Source: a bacterium
Lineage (GTDB): Bacteria; Patescibacteriota; Dojkabacteria; SC72
DNA: 64,000 bases
NCBI GenBank assembly: GCA_021463465.1
Contig: JAJTYH010000002.1
Coordinates: forward strand, 201,799-265,798
Direction of reading: 5' to 3'
Numbering within the stretch: position 1 is the first letter of the stretch; every line of letters starts with the position of its first letter. Shown one piece after another: positions 47,486 through 58,111 of the stretch. Below the pieces are notes generated by a model. That model was not told the DNA's origin. It ran no database searches and saw only the letters and a program-made list of their open reading frames with translations. A program made the translations under genes and the position numbers.

Positions 47486-48593
47486 AAATGATTATGTAAT
47501 CTCCATCTTGAATGAGATAGTCCCTTCCATTGTTCTTTACCAAACCTTTCTCTTTAGCGCTAACCCATCCCCCTATTTCAATTAATTTCTCCACATTAAC
47601 AACATCCGCAGTAATGAATCCATTAGCTAAATCTGTGTGGATTACTCCTGACGCCTCCTTAATTGTAGCCCCTCTCGCAATAGTCCATGCATTTACCTCT
47701 TTTTCACTACCAGTATAAAAGGTCAGAAGATTCAAACGGTCATAAACTACCTTCAAAACCTCTTCCATCAAATTCGGCTTATCTTCAAGCATGGAGAGAT
47801 ACTCTATTTTTTCTTGGACATTCATCTCACTAAGCTCACCAATCATCTTCACATCAGCAGTTAACATATAGTTCTTAGAATCATTAGCAATCATACTCTG
47901 CAATTTCTCAACCCACTGCTCAACCTGCGACGATTCAATTCCCTCCCTGACATTAAGCACGTACATCATTCGCTTATTTGTTAGTAGCCACAACTCATTG
48001 AGCCATTCTCGCTCGTCATCTTTTACATCCATATCTATTGCAGGCTTACCCTCGCCAAGCCATCTCAACGTTCTCTCATAGAACTGTTGGGTTAAAACCC
48101 AATTCTTATCATTTAAATTTTTAGAGTTTTTCTTCGCTTCTCCCAATTTTTTCTCAACGGTTTCTACATCTCGTAAAATTAATTCGGAGAGAACGATTTC
48201 AAGATCATCAGCAGGATCAACGCGATCATATACATGCACGATATTCTCACTATTAAACGCACGAAGTACAAACATGATGACATCAACTTCTCGAATATGG
48301 GATAGGAACTGGTTACCCAAACCTTCACCTTGTGAAGCACCTTTGACTAATCCAGCAATATCAACAAACGTCATTGCAGAAGGAACTTTTTTTGTCGCCT
48401 TAAAAAATGCTTCCAATTTATCTAACCTACTATCAGGTATCCCAATTACCCCAACATTCTTGTCGATTGTAGTGAAAGGAAAGTTTTGAGCCGGAACTGA
48501 ATTTTTAGTAATCGAATTAAAGAGTGTAGACTTACCTGCGTTAGGTAGACCTACAATTCCAACTGATAATGAGTGCGAACGTGTAACAGCCAT
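47475..48593 (-). CDS. ychF: Ribosome-binding ATPase YchF (Obg-like)
   Basis: VGIVGLPNAGKSTLFN, NFPFTTI, DIAGLVKGASQGEGLGNQFL motifs. C-terminal TGS domain. Confidence 0.9.
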   Translation of the reverse strand: MAVTRSHSLSVGIVGLPNAGKSTLFNSITKNSVPAQNFPFTTIDKNVGVIGIPDSRLDKLEAFFKATKKVPSAMTFVDIAGLVKGASQGEGLGNQFLSHIREVDVIMFVLRAFNSENIVHVYDRVDPADDLEIVLSELILRDVETVEKKLGEAKKNSKNLNDKNWVLTQQFYERTLRWLGEGKPAIDMDVKDDEREWLNELWLLTNKRMMYVLNVREGIESSQVEQWVEKLQSMIANDSKNYMLTADVKMIGELSEMNVQEKIEYLSMLEDKPNLMEEVLKVVYDRLNLLTFYTGSEKEVNAWTIARGATIKEASGVIHTDLANGFITADVVNVEKLIEIGGWVSAKEKGLVKNNGRDYLIQDGDYIIIYAN

Positions 48594-48635
48594 TAAATTT
48601 CAATTTCGTAAAACAATAATGTAGAATTATACATC

Positions 48636-50468
48636 ATGCCAAGACAAATACTCCAAAGTATTCTTATTTTTTTAATTCTGATAGCCCCACTGCTTACTCC
48701 TTTTACCATTAAGGCAGCGTCAGATTTTGAAGTTATCTCTGATTACAACCTAAATTATGAAAAAGGCTCGGATTTGGTAACCGTGGAAGACTTCATCACC
48801 TATAAGGTAAACAACGATAAGTACTTCTATCAACCTGGATTAGTCCAGTATTTCTTTCTCAGTGATTATTCTGCAAATAAGTTATCGGCAGAGCGTAAGT
48901 TCAAGTTAAACTCCTTAAAGGTAATTAACAATATACAAATCCCCCTCAAATACACTGCAAACGAAGAGACAGACGGGATTAGCATAAAAGTTACAATCAA
49001 TGAAAGAATCTCCCCTTACGAAGATTACACCATTAAACTCACCTATAAAACCCATGATTTAGTCAATGTGAACGGCAACATTGTTAACATCTACGTCCCT
49101 GGACTTGCCAAAAATGCTCAGTTTGAAGAAATCGGACAATTCGGTCTCAAAACAACCTACACTTACAATGCAAAAGTAAACACGCCTATAGATCTTCCGT
49201 TACCCTCGTATACCCAGCCGAGTAAAGTAAGCTATAAAGAAAAGGATAATTTGCGAATATTCGATATTCCAGCTTCCAACCGTTTAGGACATGTTTCCTG
49301 GTTACAAATTGGATCAAGTCAGTACTATAAATTCAAACTAGTTCAACATTCACTGCAAACTGATAAGCTTACTCCCACACAACTCTCTGACCTTTCACCA
49401 ATTGTTTCTACCAACGTATATAAGATTGCCTTGCCCAGGGAGTATGACGAAACTTCACAGAAAGTTTTTATCCAGAGCATCAATCCTCAACCTAAAAACC
49501 TTGAACGTGACGAAGAAGGTAACCTGATTGCAGTATTTGATGTACCGGCAAACAAGGATTCAACAATTACCATTGAAGGGTTAATATCACTTTTCAAAAA
49601 GGACGTAAAGAGTAGCAAGCCAGTTACGGATATGAACCTTGCAGATTATAAAGAGCGACTGGCGGATCTTCCTGACTTAAATACTTATCTGCAGCCAGAT
49701 AAGTATTGGGAAGTAGATGATCCGCTTATCATCAGTACTGCAGAAACCTTAGCAAAAAAAGCCTCCTCCGTATTGGAACTAATCGAAGCTGATTACAAAT
49801 ATATCGTCGACACTTTCGAATATAGTCACGAGAAGTTAGGCAAAGGAAACATCCGATTAGGGGCAAAAGCTGCGCTTGGAGGTTCGCAGACGATATGCAT
49901 GGAATATTCCGACGCTCTGACCGCCCTACTCCGAGCTCAAGGAATCCCTGCCAGAATAGCTATTGGGTATGGTAATGACCCTAAGAGTGCCGAAAACAAA
50001 ATCTCTAACGACCAGTTACTTGAACAAACCATTGGCCATCAATGGACTCAGGTTTGGATACCTGATTACGGATGGCTTTCGGTCGACCCTACTTGGGGTG
50101 AGTCACAAAGAAAATATATAGGGAGTGACTTAGACCATATTCTCTGGTACACACTTGGCTCATCACAACAGAGTGTAACAGATGCGATTTTCTATTCTGC
50201 TGAGCAAGGCAGTATTGGCAATCACGGAGTTCATCTCCAAGCACTAACTCAATCTCAATTCGAAGACGAGAAAAAAGAGGCAATTCCACTTACAAACATG
50301 AATATCATAGAACAAAGAGATACAGAGAGTCTCGATTTCTATCTTAAAACTTCACTTGCAGGGAGAGTTATGGTTTACTTGATACCTATATTAGCAACAG
50401 TGTTAGTATCAATAGCTATTACAACAGTAATATACTATCTCAAAAGGAAAATCATGCGGAAAATTTAA
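48636..50468 (+). CDS. Transglutaminase-like cysteine protease superfamily protein, secreted with a C-terminal membrane anchor
   Basis: Signal peptide. CMEYSDALTALLRAQGIPARIAIGY (catalytic Cys), HQWTQVWIP (His) and SVDPTWG (Asp). C-terminal TM plus basic tail. Confidence 0.75.
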   Translation: MPRQILQSILIFLILIAPLLTPFTIKAASDFEVISDYNLNYEKGSDLVTVEDFITYKVNNDKYFYQPGLVQYFFLSDYSANKLSAERKFKLNSLKVINNIQIPLKYTANEETDGISIKVTINERISPYEDYTIKLTYKTHDLVNVNGNIVNIYVPGLAKNAQFEEIGQFGLKTTYTYNAKVNTPIDLPLPSYTQPSKVSYKEKDNLRIFDIPASNRLGHVSWLQIGSSQYYKFKLVQHSLQTDKLTPTQLSDLSPIVSTNVYKIALPREYDETSQKVFIQSINPQPKNLERDEEGNLIAVFDVPANKDSTITIEGLISLFKKDVKSSKPVTDMNLADYKERLADLPDLNTYLQPDKYWEVDDPLIISTAETLAKKASSVLELIEADYKYIVDTFEYSHEKLGKGNIRLGAKAALGGSQTICMEYSDALTALLRAQGIPARIAIGYGNDPKSAENKISNDQLLEQTIGHQWTQVWIPDYGWLSVDPTWGESQRKYIGSDLDHILWYTLGSSQQSVTDAIFYSAEQGSIGNHGVHLQALTQSQFEDEKKEAIPLTNMNIIEQRDTESLDFYLKTSLAGRVMVYLIPILATVLVSIAITTVIYYLKRKIMRKI

Positions 50469-50579
50469 CTTTTCTCTGTGTCAGAATAGATTTCATAAAT
50501 TGCAATTAACAAAATCGGAGCGAAAACATAGAATAAAACGAAATTGATAATTTTTGTATCTATATCACTACTTCAACCT

Positions 50580-52091
50580 TTAGATATATGTGTAAAGTGT
50601 ATCAATACTCACTGCTTTCTTGGCACTCTCAAGTCGCTCCAAACTAGTAGCATAAAGCGTCATGAGAATATCTCCTCTTTTAACCGAGTCACCTGCCATT
50701 TTATGCACATAAATACCAGCGGTTTTAAGTGCTGGGCAACCCAAAGCTCTCGTAATCTTTACAATGTCTCGATTGTTAATGATATCTATAATCCCGTCTT
50801 TTTCGGCAACAATATCCCACGTAATTTTACCCAATTCGATATCCTCCGATTTGAGAGTTGCTGAAGCACCCTGTGCCTTCGCTATCTCCGAAAATTTAGC
50901 CAAAGCCTCACCTGAGTTAAGCTTGGAAATTGCCAATGACTTACCTTCTCCTGTTGCAGCTTTACCGGACATCTCCAAGACAACCGCAGCCATGTCAGTA
51001 GCAATGTCTTCCAAATGCAGTGCCCTATCATCTTTCCGCTCAAGAATTTTGAGAGTCTCTCTCATCTCCATATTCGGTCCAATTCCATTGCCATCAGGTC
51101 CTTTTGCAACCCTTGAATACACTTCACAAATAATTCCAACCTTCTTAAAAAGCGAAATGAATTGCTCCTTAAGCATTTTTGCATCCTCAGGATTTTGAAT
51201 CTTAGTACCCTTCCCCTGTGGAATATCAATTACGATATGAGTAATACCCATCGCAATCTTTTTGGCAACAATACTCACTAACACTTTTTGGAATGACTCA
51301 AGGTGAATACCTCTTTCAGCATGAATAATTACGTCATCAGCAGGGGCCAAATCTAAAGCGCCACCCCAGACCATACAAGCACCAGTCTTCTTCACTACAT
51401 CCATAATCTGTTCTGAAGTCAGATGTACTGGCATAGCAACCTCTAGGATATCTGATGTCCCAGCAGGGGTTGTAATGGCACGTGTAGAGGTATTAGGTAC
51501 AACTAAATCACTAGCAGCCAAAATCGGTACAACTAAAGGAGTAACGGCTTTTCCAGCTACACCGCCAATTGAATGTTTGTCTACAACAATAGCTCCATTC
51601 CCCCTAACATCCTTGAAAGAAAGCACAACGCCTGAATTAGCCATACCCTTAGTCATCCAGAGTGTTTCGTCTTCATCAAATCCAGGGTTAAAGAATGTAC
51701 TCATAAAAAAGGCAACATCGACTTCAGTGAGCTTCCTTGCGCCAACCTCTTTCATAATTACGTTCAATTCCTCTTCAGTAAGTTTGTGGCCTAAAATCTT
51801 CTTCTTAATCGCCTCCATCGATTCAGGCCTCTGAATAAGGTCGATACTCACATACTCCCCATTTTGAATCTGATACTGCTGCCAAATCTCTTCGTAAATA
51901 CCAACCTCCCCTGGCAAAACATTACTGTCGGTGACATTCACCTCAACATACACTTCATTGTCCTTCCATCTAAACGCGACGACATCACCTTCGTTAACCC
52001 CAATTCGGTTAGAATCATTCTCATGAACCAAGATATTTATCTCGTCACCAGCTCCAATATCGACCTTTTTAGTTCTTAAGTATAGTGCCAT
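50580..52091 (-). CDS. deoA: AMP phosphorylase / thymidine phosphorylase-family (archaeal-type, with N-terminal extension)
   Basis: 503 aa, VDKHSIGGVAG (DKHSTGGVGD-like phosphate loop). The N-terminal ~90-aa extension is typical of AMP phosphorylases. Confidence 0.8.
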   Translation of the reverse strand: MALYLRTKKVDIGAGDEINILVHENDSNRIGVNEGDVVAFRWKDNEVYVEVNVTDSNVLPGEVGIYEEIWQQYQIQNGEYVSIDLIQRPESMEAIKKKILGHKLTEEELNVIMKEVGARKLTEVDVAFFMSTFFNPGFDEDETLWMTKGMANSGVVLSFKDVRGNGAIVVDKHSIGGVAGKAVTPLVVPILAASDLVVPNTSTRAITTPAGTSDILEVAMPVHLTSEQIMDVVKKTGACMVWGGALDLAPADDVIIHAERGIHLESFQKVLVSIVAKKIAMGITHIVIDIPQGKGTKIQNPEDAKMLKEQFISLFKKVGIICEVYSRVAKGPDGNGIGPNMEMRETLKILERKDDRALHLEDIATDMAAVVLEMSGKAATGEGKSLAISKLNSGEALAKFSEIAKAQGASATLKSEDIELGKITWDIVAEKDGIIDIINNRDIVKITRALGCPALKTAGIYVHKMAGDSVKRGDILMTLYATSLERLESAKKAVSIDTLYTYI

Positions 52092-52106
52092 TGTGGTACA
52101 AATTAT

Positions 52107-53051
52107 TTAATATGCCCAAGGATACGTTTCATGCAATTTCGATAAAACATCCTCTGGTTTAACTATTCCTGATTCAGTAATATACCCTGTTATCAGTTCT
52201 TTGTTAACTAGTTCAAATGCTGGGTTATAAATTTTAATATCTTTCGGGGCATCTTCCCAGACTTCTGAAGGTTCACGCATCTCAATTTGGACATTGTTAG
52301 AGGTCATTTCAGGATTTACCTTCAAAAGAGATGCTACAACATACACGGGCGTACCTGAAGACTTTGCAGCTACAGCAATACCATAGCTTCCGATTTTGTT
52401 AATTACACCCCCATCGGCGGTAATTTCGTCCGCTCCAATAAGTAGAACATCTATCGGGAAAAAGGACCTATCGGCAGCAAAGTTAGGAGCTCCACTATCT
52501 ACTACCAAAGTGGTATCAACTCCTTGGTTACTTAAATTAGCAGCAGTTATCCTACCTTGGAAAAGAGGGCGGGTCTCAGAGCACGCCACCTTAAACCCAG
52601 TGTTCTTTTCGGACAGGTTTTTAAGTATTCTCTCCACTGTACTGGAGTGACAATGAGTAAAAGCGTACTTAACAGGGCCTAATCCTTCACTACTTTTGAG
52701 TACCCCATCCTTCATACGCTCAACCAAGTTGAGATATTCGCTGTTAATTTGTGAAACCGCAATCGCATCGACCCTACCACCTGTGGAACTGAACTTTTCT
52801 TCAAGCTTTTTCTCCAAGAACCTCACAGCATTCCTTGCCATCGGTTCATTGTGTCTTGCATTAGCAAGCATCTTACCTACTTTCACTACTTCGCCAGCTA
52901 GTTGGGATGATTCACCCTTAAAACTCTCAATGAAAACCTCCATACCACGTACTACAGCCAATGCTACGTTAGTTGCTCCCTGAATTTTGACACTCTTAAT
53001 GTTATCCCTGAGCTGTTCAATACTTGTATACTTTGACCAGTTTATTTTCAT
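52107..53051 (-). CDS. Ribose-1,5-bisphosphate isomerase (eIF-2B alpha/beta/delta family)
   Basis: CSETRPLFQG...LVVDSGAP...IGADEITADGGVINKIGSY: eIF2B-like fold motifs. Adjacent to the AMP phosphorylase gene. Confidence 0.7.
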   Translation of the reverse strand: MKINWSKYTSIEQLRDNIKSVKIQGATNVALAVVRGMEVFIESFKGESSQLAGEVVKVGKMLANARHNEPMARNAVRFLEKKLEEKFSSTGGRVDAIAVSQINSEYLNLVERMKDGVLKSSEGLGPVKYAFTHCHSSTVERILKNLSEKNTGFKVACSETRPLFQGRITAANLSNQGVDTTLVVDSGAPNFAADRSFFPIDVLLIGADEITADGGVINKIGSYGIAVAAKSSGTPVYVVASLLKVNPEMTSNNVQIEMREPSEVWEDAPKDIKIYNPAFELVNKELITGYITESGIVKPEDVLSKLHETYPWAY

Positions 53052-54475
53052 TCTAAAGTGATCTCCTCGTAAAGTGATGGTATGTGGGTTTCTACACCCA
53101 ACTCTTTATTGACTTGTCCAGCAAATTCGGTTGCGACATCCTCTTCTCCATGAACAATAAAGACCTTTCTTGGGGTATGACCAAAACTTCGCAACCAGTA
53201 CATCAAATCTTCCTTATCAGCATGTGCAGAAAAACCGCCAAGTGTATGGACCTTAGCTCTCACTTCATACCTCTTACCTTTAATCATTACATCAGGCTCA
53301 CCATCTACTAACCTTCTACCTAAGGTTCCAGGTACCTGGAACCCAACAAAAATGATGCTTGTTTTGGCATTCTGAATATTATTTTCCAAATGGTGTACAA
53401 TCCTACCTCCTGTACACATACCACTACCCGCAATAATGACTACACCTCTTTTGGAAATAAGTCGCTTGGACTCCTCAACGGATTCAATTTCATGCAAACC
53501 AGGAAAAGAGAAAGGGTCATCGCCCTTCTCAAGCAACCTATGTGCATCTTCATCATAGAATCCAGGGTATCTTCTAAATACCTCAGTCGCTCTGGAAGCC
53601 ATCGGACTGTCGATATATACAGGTAAATCGCTAAGCAATCGATTTTCAAAGAAAAGATTAAGCTCATACATGATCTCCTGACAACGTTCAATGGCAAACG
53701 CCGGAATCAAAATATTCCCACCGTGGGTCTGAGCCTCCTTAAGAATGGAAAGGAATTCCAAAACTGTATCATCCTTATTCTTATGAACCCTATTCCCATA
53801 AGTACTCTCTACTAAGACATAATCACTCTCACGAACCAAATCCGCATCGCGCACTATTCGTTGCCCTTGCTGACCTAAATCCCCTGAAAAGACAATCTTG
53901 CGAACCCGTCCTGCTTCATTCTTGATCCAGAATTCAAACATAGCTGAACCCAAGATATGACCTGAATCACGAAGTCTGAACTCAATACCGTTGTGCAAAT
54001 CTACTGAGTCACCGTACGGATATAAGTCAAAGAATGGCATGAGATTCTCTACGTCTTCTTCTGTGTACATAGGTTCTCTATTTTCATAAAGTGCACCTTC
54101 AGAAGCAGCTCCTTCATTAAAACTCCTCTGTTCAGGACGGGCTCTCCACCTTTTAAACTCTTCTTCCTGAAGTCTAGCTGCATCTTTGAGGATGATATGC
54201 GCTAAGTCTCTACTAGGCTGGGTAGCAATAATTCGACCTTTAAAACCTTGCTTGATAAGTATTGGTAGACGGCCAGAGTGGTCGAAATGTGCATGAGTAA
54301 GGAAAACGTAATCAAGAGCCGCAGGATCAAAAGGAAAAGCATCTAAGTTATGTTTTTCAATCTCCCACCCACCCTGGAAAGCTCCACAGTCAACAAGGAA
54401 TTTCACATTACCAGTGTCAACAAAATAGCAAGATCCAGTAACAGTCTTAGTAGCACCACAGAATTGTATTTTCAT
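53048..54475 (-). CDS. MBL-fold beta-CASP ribonuclease (RNase J/CPSF-like, without N-terminal KH domains)
   Basis: LTHAHFDHSGRLP (HxHxDH), then beta-CASP motifs (D, H) and a C-terminal His motif. 475 aa. Confidence 0.75.
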   Translation of the reverse strand: MKIQFCGATKTVTGSCYFVDTGNVKFLVDCGAFQGGWEIEKHNLDAFPFDPAALDYVFLTHAHFDHSGRLPILIKQGFKGRIIATQPSRDLAHIILKDAARLQEEEFKRWRARPEQRSFNEGAASEGALYENREPMYTEEDVENLMPFFDLYPYGDSVDLHNGIEFRLRDSGHILGSAMFEFWIKNEAGRVRKIVFSGDLGQQGQRIVRDADLVRESDYVLVESTYGNRVHKNKDDTVLEFLSILKEAQTHGGNILIPAFAIERCQEIMYELNLFFENRLLSDLPVYIDSPMASRATEVFRRYPGFYDEDAHRLLEKGDDPFSFPGLHEIESVEESKRLISKRGVVIIAGSGMCTGGRIVHHLENNIQNAKTSIIFVGFQVPGTLGRRLVDGEPDVMIKGKRYEVRAKVHTLGGFSAHADKEDLMYWLRSFGHTPRKVFIVHGEEDVATEFAGQVNKELGVETHIPSLYEEITLE

Positions 54476-54554
54476 AGGGCAGTTTTATGATGTGATGGAC
54501 TTATATTATCAGGAAATTTGGAGTATAATCAAGCAAACTCCCCACGTTTAACTA

Positions 54555-55079
54555 ATGCTTTTACAAATGGCTCCAAAATTAAACCGTATTGGCAATGAAC
54601 TTGCAAAACTTCAACAAACAGAATTCAGACCTATTGAGTTTGCAACTTTGTTGGGATTAGCCCCAATTACTCCTAACAACAATGTTTGGGAGAAAATAAA
54701 GGTCGAGCCATTAAATGCAGAAGGGCATCATGTTATTAAGTTCCTACAAAAGGGTGGCGGCCCAGGTATATATGCACATCTTAAGGATGGAATTTTAATT
54801 GGCCTTGATGATCAAAGAGAATGTCCATTGGAACAAATCCCAGGTGATAATGAATATATAACGGTAGCAGATGGCAAACTTTCAATCCACGCTCAATCAA
54901 TACTAAGGCCGGGAGAACACCAACAAAATACTCGTATCTACACTATAACAACCGAAAATATATCTTCGAAAAGAGATGGAATAACTACCTTAGAAGTGCT
55001 TGATTTAATCCTAGGCGCTAATGATAATGGTAACTCTAGCTTTAACATTGTTTCTAATTTAGTAGGAGCTAACAGTTAA
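54555..55079 (+). CDS. Hypothetical protein
   Basis: 174 aa, no motif recognised. Confidence 0.35.
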   Translation: MLLQMAPKLNRIGNELAKLQQTEFRPIEFATLLGLAPITPNNNVWEKIKVEPLNAEGHHVIKFLQKGGGPGIYAHLKDGILIGLDDQRECPLEQIPGDNEYITVADGKLSIHAQSILRPGEHQQNTRIYTITTENISSKRDGITTLEVLDLILGANDNGNSSFNIVSNLVGANS

Positions 55080-55095
55080 TTTTTACAAAACGATA

Positions 55096-55596
55096 ATGAC
55101 CACAGAAACAGAGCAGCCGACAACATTATCAGTGGATGATTTTGCTAAATTCTACAGTTTAGAATTTAATGAAACGTACTCAGACCTATTGGTTTGGAAG
55201 AAAATTAAACTAGAGTCACCTTATACAAATCAATCAGTTGATCTAACATTCTACCCAAAATCAGAAGGTTCACCTCTACTTTTTATAACTCTGTATAAGG
55301 ATAAAATCCTCTCAGTAAGGGATCCAAGGGTCAAAAAAATTTATAACTCTAAGCACTTCACCGAACAAACACTCTTCGAAGATAAAACGTTTTATATTTT
55401 ACATTCAGCTCCCAGCGAAAATGGTTCAAACCTAACTAAAACAGTTTGCCAAAGTATGATTTTGACGGACCAGGAAGGTGACATGATTACCACCATTAGT
55501 ACCAAACAAATTCTAGCTCTGTTTTTAAACGCGAAAAAAGACGAGAACGGTCAATTCATAATTATTGAATATTCACTCCTTGACAATGGAGGCTAA
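55096..55596 (+). CDS. Hypothetical protein
   Basis: 166 aa, no motif recognised. 17 bp downstream of the previous ORF. Confidence 0.35.
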   Translation: MTTETEQPTTLSVDDFAKFYSLEFNETYSDLLVWKKIKLESPYTNQSVDLTFYPKSEGSPLLFITLYKDKILSVRDPRVKKIYNSKHFTEQTLFEDKTFYILHSAPSENGSNLTKTVCQSMILTDQEGDMITTISTKQILALFLNAKKDENGQFIIIEYSLLDNGG

Positions 55597-57014
55597 TCTG
55601 AAAACTTTTTAGCTTCAGCTAGCAAACTTTCTTTTGTATTAAGCATTGGATCTTCAATAACCATATCTAAAAGCTTATTCAAAGTTTGACCAACTTTTGG
55701 CCCTTTCATAATCCCAATACTCATTAAATCTTCACCGTCAACTTTTAAGTCAGTAAGCTTAATTGCCATATCCTTTGACCTAACTTCAGAGATTCTCATT
55801 TGAAGCTGAGATATCTCTTCAGGATTAAATGCACTCTTAGGATTTGCACTTGCATCTGCAATTCTCAGAGCAAACAAGTCATCTAAGTTTTCCTCCCCTA
55901 CCCTAGCAATAAATCTACGGACGGCTGCATCAGTCCATTCTTTTTCTCGAATCTTGGCTCGCTCCTGTTCACTCATCTGAGCTTGTTCATAAGGGAAATA
56001 GAACATATGATTTTTTACAAGCAAACTCACCTTACGAATCTCTGACTTAGAAAATCGCATCCTCGTCATTATCTCCTCTGACATCCTTGCCCCTTCAATA
56101 TCGTGACCATAAAAGTGGCCATTATGCATATCTTTCCTGGGTTTACCTATATCATGAAAGAGTGCAGCAAGCTTAATGCCGTCTGGAGCATGGTCGCACG
56201 TGTTTAAATTGTGAGTATAAACATCATCTGCATGAAAAAGTTTCTGTTCTACTCCATACCCCTCTAATAGTTCAGGCAGGAACAACTGTAAAAGGCCAGT
56301 TTGTCTCATCAAATCAATCCCCTTTGAAGGTTTCGATGAATGTAACAACATCTTCAGAAACTCATCTCTAACCCTCTCCATGGAAACTTGAGCGGCAACA
56401 GGCAAAGATTCTTTAATCGCATTAAAGGTATCGGGCTCTACCGAAAAATCAAGCTGGGAAGCCATCCTACATGCCTTAAATGCCCTCAATCCATCCTCCT
56501 TGAAGCGTTCCAGAGGTGTCCCAACCGCCCTCACCACCTTCAAATTCAAATCATTGACGCCTCCAAATGGATCGTAAATCTCCCATTCTTTTGTCTCATT
56601 AGCTCCATCTAGGGTCGCACTATTAAGATCCAACGCCATCGCATTAAAAGTGAAGTCCCGACGCCCTAAATCCTTATCAATTTCTTTAATGAATGTTACC
56701 TTGGAAGGCCACCTTCCATCCACATACTCCTCTTCACTTCTGAAGGTCGTAACCTGTACCTCATAGACCTCACCCTTTCCATCAGGTATCAAAGCAGAAA
56801 CCATACCAAACCTAGCTCCTGTGGAAACTGACTTAGGGAAAATACTCAACATCTCATCAGGAGTAGCGTCTGTTGCAATATCATAATCGTCAGGTTGTAT
56901 CCCCAAAACAACATCTCTTAAGGCACCACCAACCAAATAGCAAACATAACCTTCTTTCAAAAGCATCCTTGCTACCTTTTGAACGTAATCGGGAATAGTG
57001 AATTTAACTTTCAT
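55593..57014 (-). CDS. cca: CCA-adding enzyme / poly(A) polymerase-family nucleotidyltransferase with HD domain
   Basis: Start moved to the internal ATG (MKVKFTIPDYV) at 57014; the 110 codons upstream in the track ORF are low-complexity. LVGGALRD...DYDIATDA nucleotidyltransferase motif; HDIGKP HD motif. Confidence 0.8.
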   Translation of the reverse strand: MKVKFTIPDYVQKVARMLLKEGYVCYLVGGALRDVVLGIQPDDYDIATDATPDEMLSIFPKSVSTGARFGMVSALIPDGKGEVYEVQVTTFRSEEEYVDGRWPSKVTFIKEIDKDLGRRDFTFNAMALDLNSATLDGANETKEWEIYDPFGGVNDLNLKVVRAVGTPLERFKEDGLRAFKACRMASQLDFSVEPDTFNAIKESLPVAAQVSMERVRDEFLKMLLHSSKPSKGIDLMRQTGLLQLFLPELLEGYGVEQKLFHADDVYTHNLNTCDHAPDGIKLAALFHDIGKPRKDMHNGHFYGHDIEGARMSEEIMTRMRFSKSEIRKVSLLVKNHMFYFPYEQAQMSEQERAKIREKEWTDAAVRRFIARVGEENLDDLFALRIADASANPKSAFNPEEISQLQMRISEVRSKDMAIKLTDLKVDGEDLMSIGIMKGPKVGQTLNKLLDMVIEDPMLNTKESLLAEAKKFSD

Positions 57015-57039
57015 AGCCACATTGTATATACTGCTATTG

Positions 57040-58083
57040 ATGAAAGCAATTCTGGACATAATAAGGGGGCTGCTAGGTTTAATCATTCTAATACTATTTA
57101 TCTTCATCTTAACCGTAACCCCCACCCTTCTGTCTTTCTCTACCTTAATTACCAACCGCAATACACTAATTAACTGGCTCGAGCAGGGAGATATGCATGA
57201 CCAGATTTCAAAGGCAGCGATAAAAGATATTACAGATGATTTGGGTAAAGAAGGAGGTAGAAAGCCCGACGCCAACACTGAAGCTTTCAAGAAACAGGTC
57301 ACCAAAACACTTTCAGAAAACTTTTTTGAAGATAACATCAAAAGAGTGACAGATGGTACTTACGATTGGTTAGAAGGTAAAACGTCAAGTATCGAAATTA
57401 GTACTCTAGGATTAGATGTGGTAGGAATGGCTAAGGATTTTATCCCCAAAGAACAGCTCAAAAACTATGAGTTCATGAAATTTCTCAACTCAGTTAAACC
57501 TTGCACTGAAGCTCAAGCTTTTAACTATGAAGAACAGGGTGGTTTTAAAGATTTGAAAGATATATGTATTCCTCCGAAATTTGAGTTACTACCCGTTGCT
57601 GACGAAGCTTATGATGCAACTATTGGTAAACAGAACTTAAATCTAGCAAGTGCTTTTCAAATACCTCCGATACCACATGAGACAGCTCAACAAATTCTTA
57701 CCGTTTATAGAGTACTCGATTGGTTAGGCGCAATCTTATCCACCTCGTTGTTAATCTTATTACTCCTCTACTTGTTAATTGTACCTATGAAAGAAGCCAA
57801 GGTTTATATTGTTGCCAGTATTACTTTCCTTACAGGCTTAATCAATCTAATTCTTTGGAAAGGGCTATTGCTCAAAGATCTAATCGGAAACTTCGTAACC
57901 ACCAATCTTAATACCAAAGATCTACCATTTGAAATAAGCACAGTAACAAACCTCACTAACATCGTATTTGATGATTTAGCTAGAAACGGCTCACACTACT
58001 CAATTTTAATAATGCTTATTGGGGTTTTGATAGCTGCATCCCCTAAGGTTTACCAATATTTCGTCTCCTTGAAAAAGAAATAG
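57040..58083 (+). CDS. Membrane protein, hypothetical
   Basis: N- and C-terminal TM helices flank a soluble domain. An in-frame ATG at 57040 avoids head-on overlap with the cca start. Confidence 0.45.
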   Translation: MKAILDIIRGLLGLIILILFIFILTVTPTLLSFSTLITNRNTLINWLEQGDMHDQISKAAIKDITDDLGKEGGRKPDANTEAFKKQVTKTLSENFFEDNIKRVTDGTYDWLEGKTSSIEISTLGLDVVGMAKDFIPKEQLKNYEFMKFLNSVKPCTEAQAFNYEEQGGFKDLKDICIPPKFELLPVADEAYDATIGKQNLNLASAFQIPPIPHETAQQILTVYRVLDWLGAILSTSLLILLLLYLLIVPMKEAKVYIVASITFLTGLINLILWKGLLLKDLIGNFVTTNLNTKDLPFEISTVTNLTNIVFDDLARNGSHYSILIMLIGVLIAASPKVYQYFVSLKKK

Positions 58084-58111
58084 ATATAGGTACGGGGGTA
58101 TACACAAACTC

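Noticed and set aside
50544-50864. Plus-strand 106-aa ORF in the intergenic region overlapping the AMP phosphorylase 3' end.
   Set aside because: It overlaps the well-supported minus-strand deoA-like gene, is Cys/Phe/Asn-rich and low-complexity, and has no start context.
57015-57341. N-terminal 110 codons of the long minus-strand ORF 55593-57341.
   Set aside because: The translated sequence is low-complexity and unlike any nucleotidyltransferase N-terminus. The region overlaps the divergent membrane-protein gene. The CCA-enzyme homology begins at the internal Met (57014).
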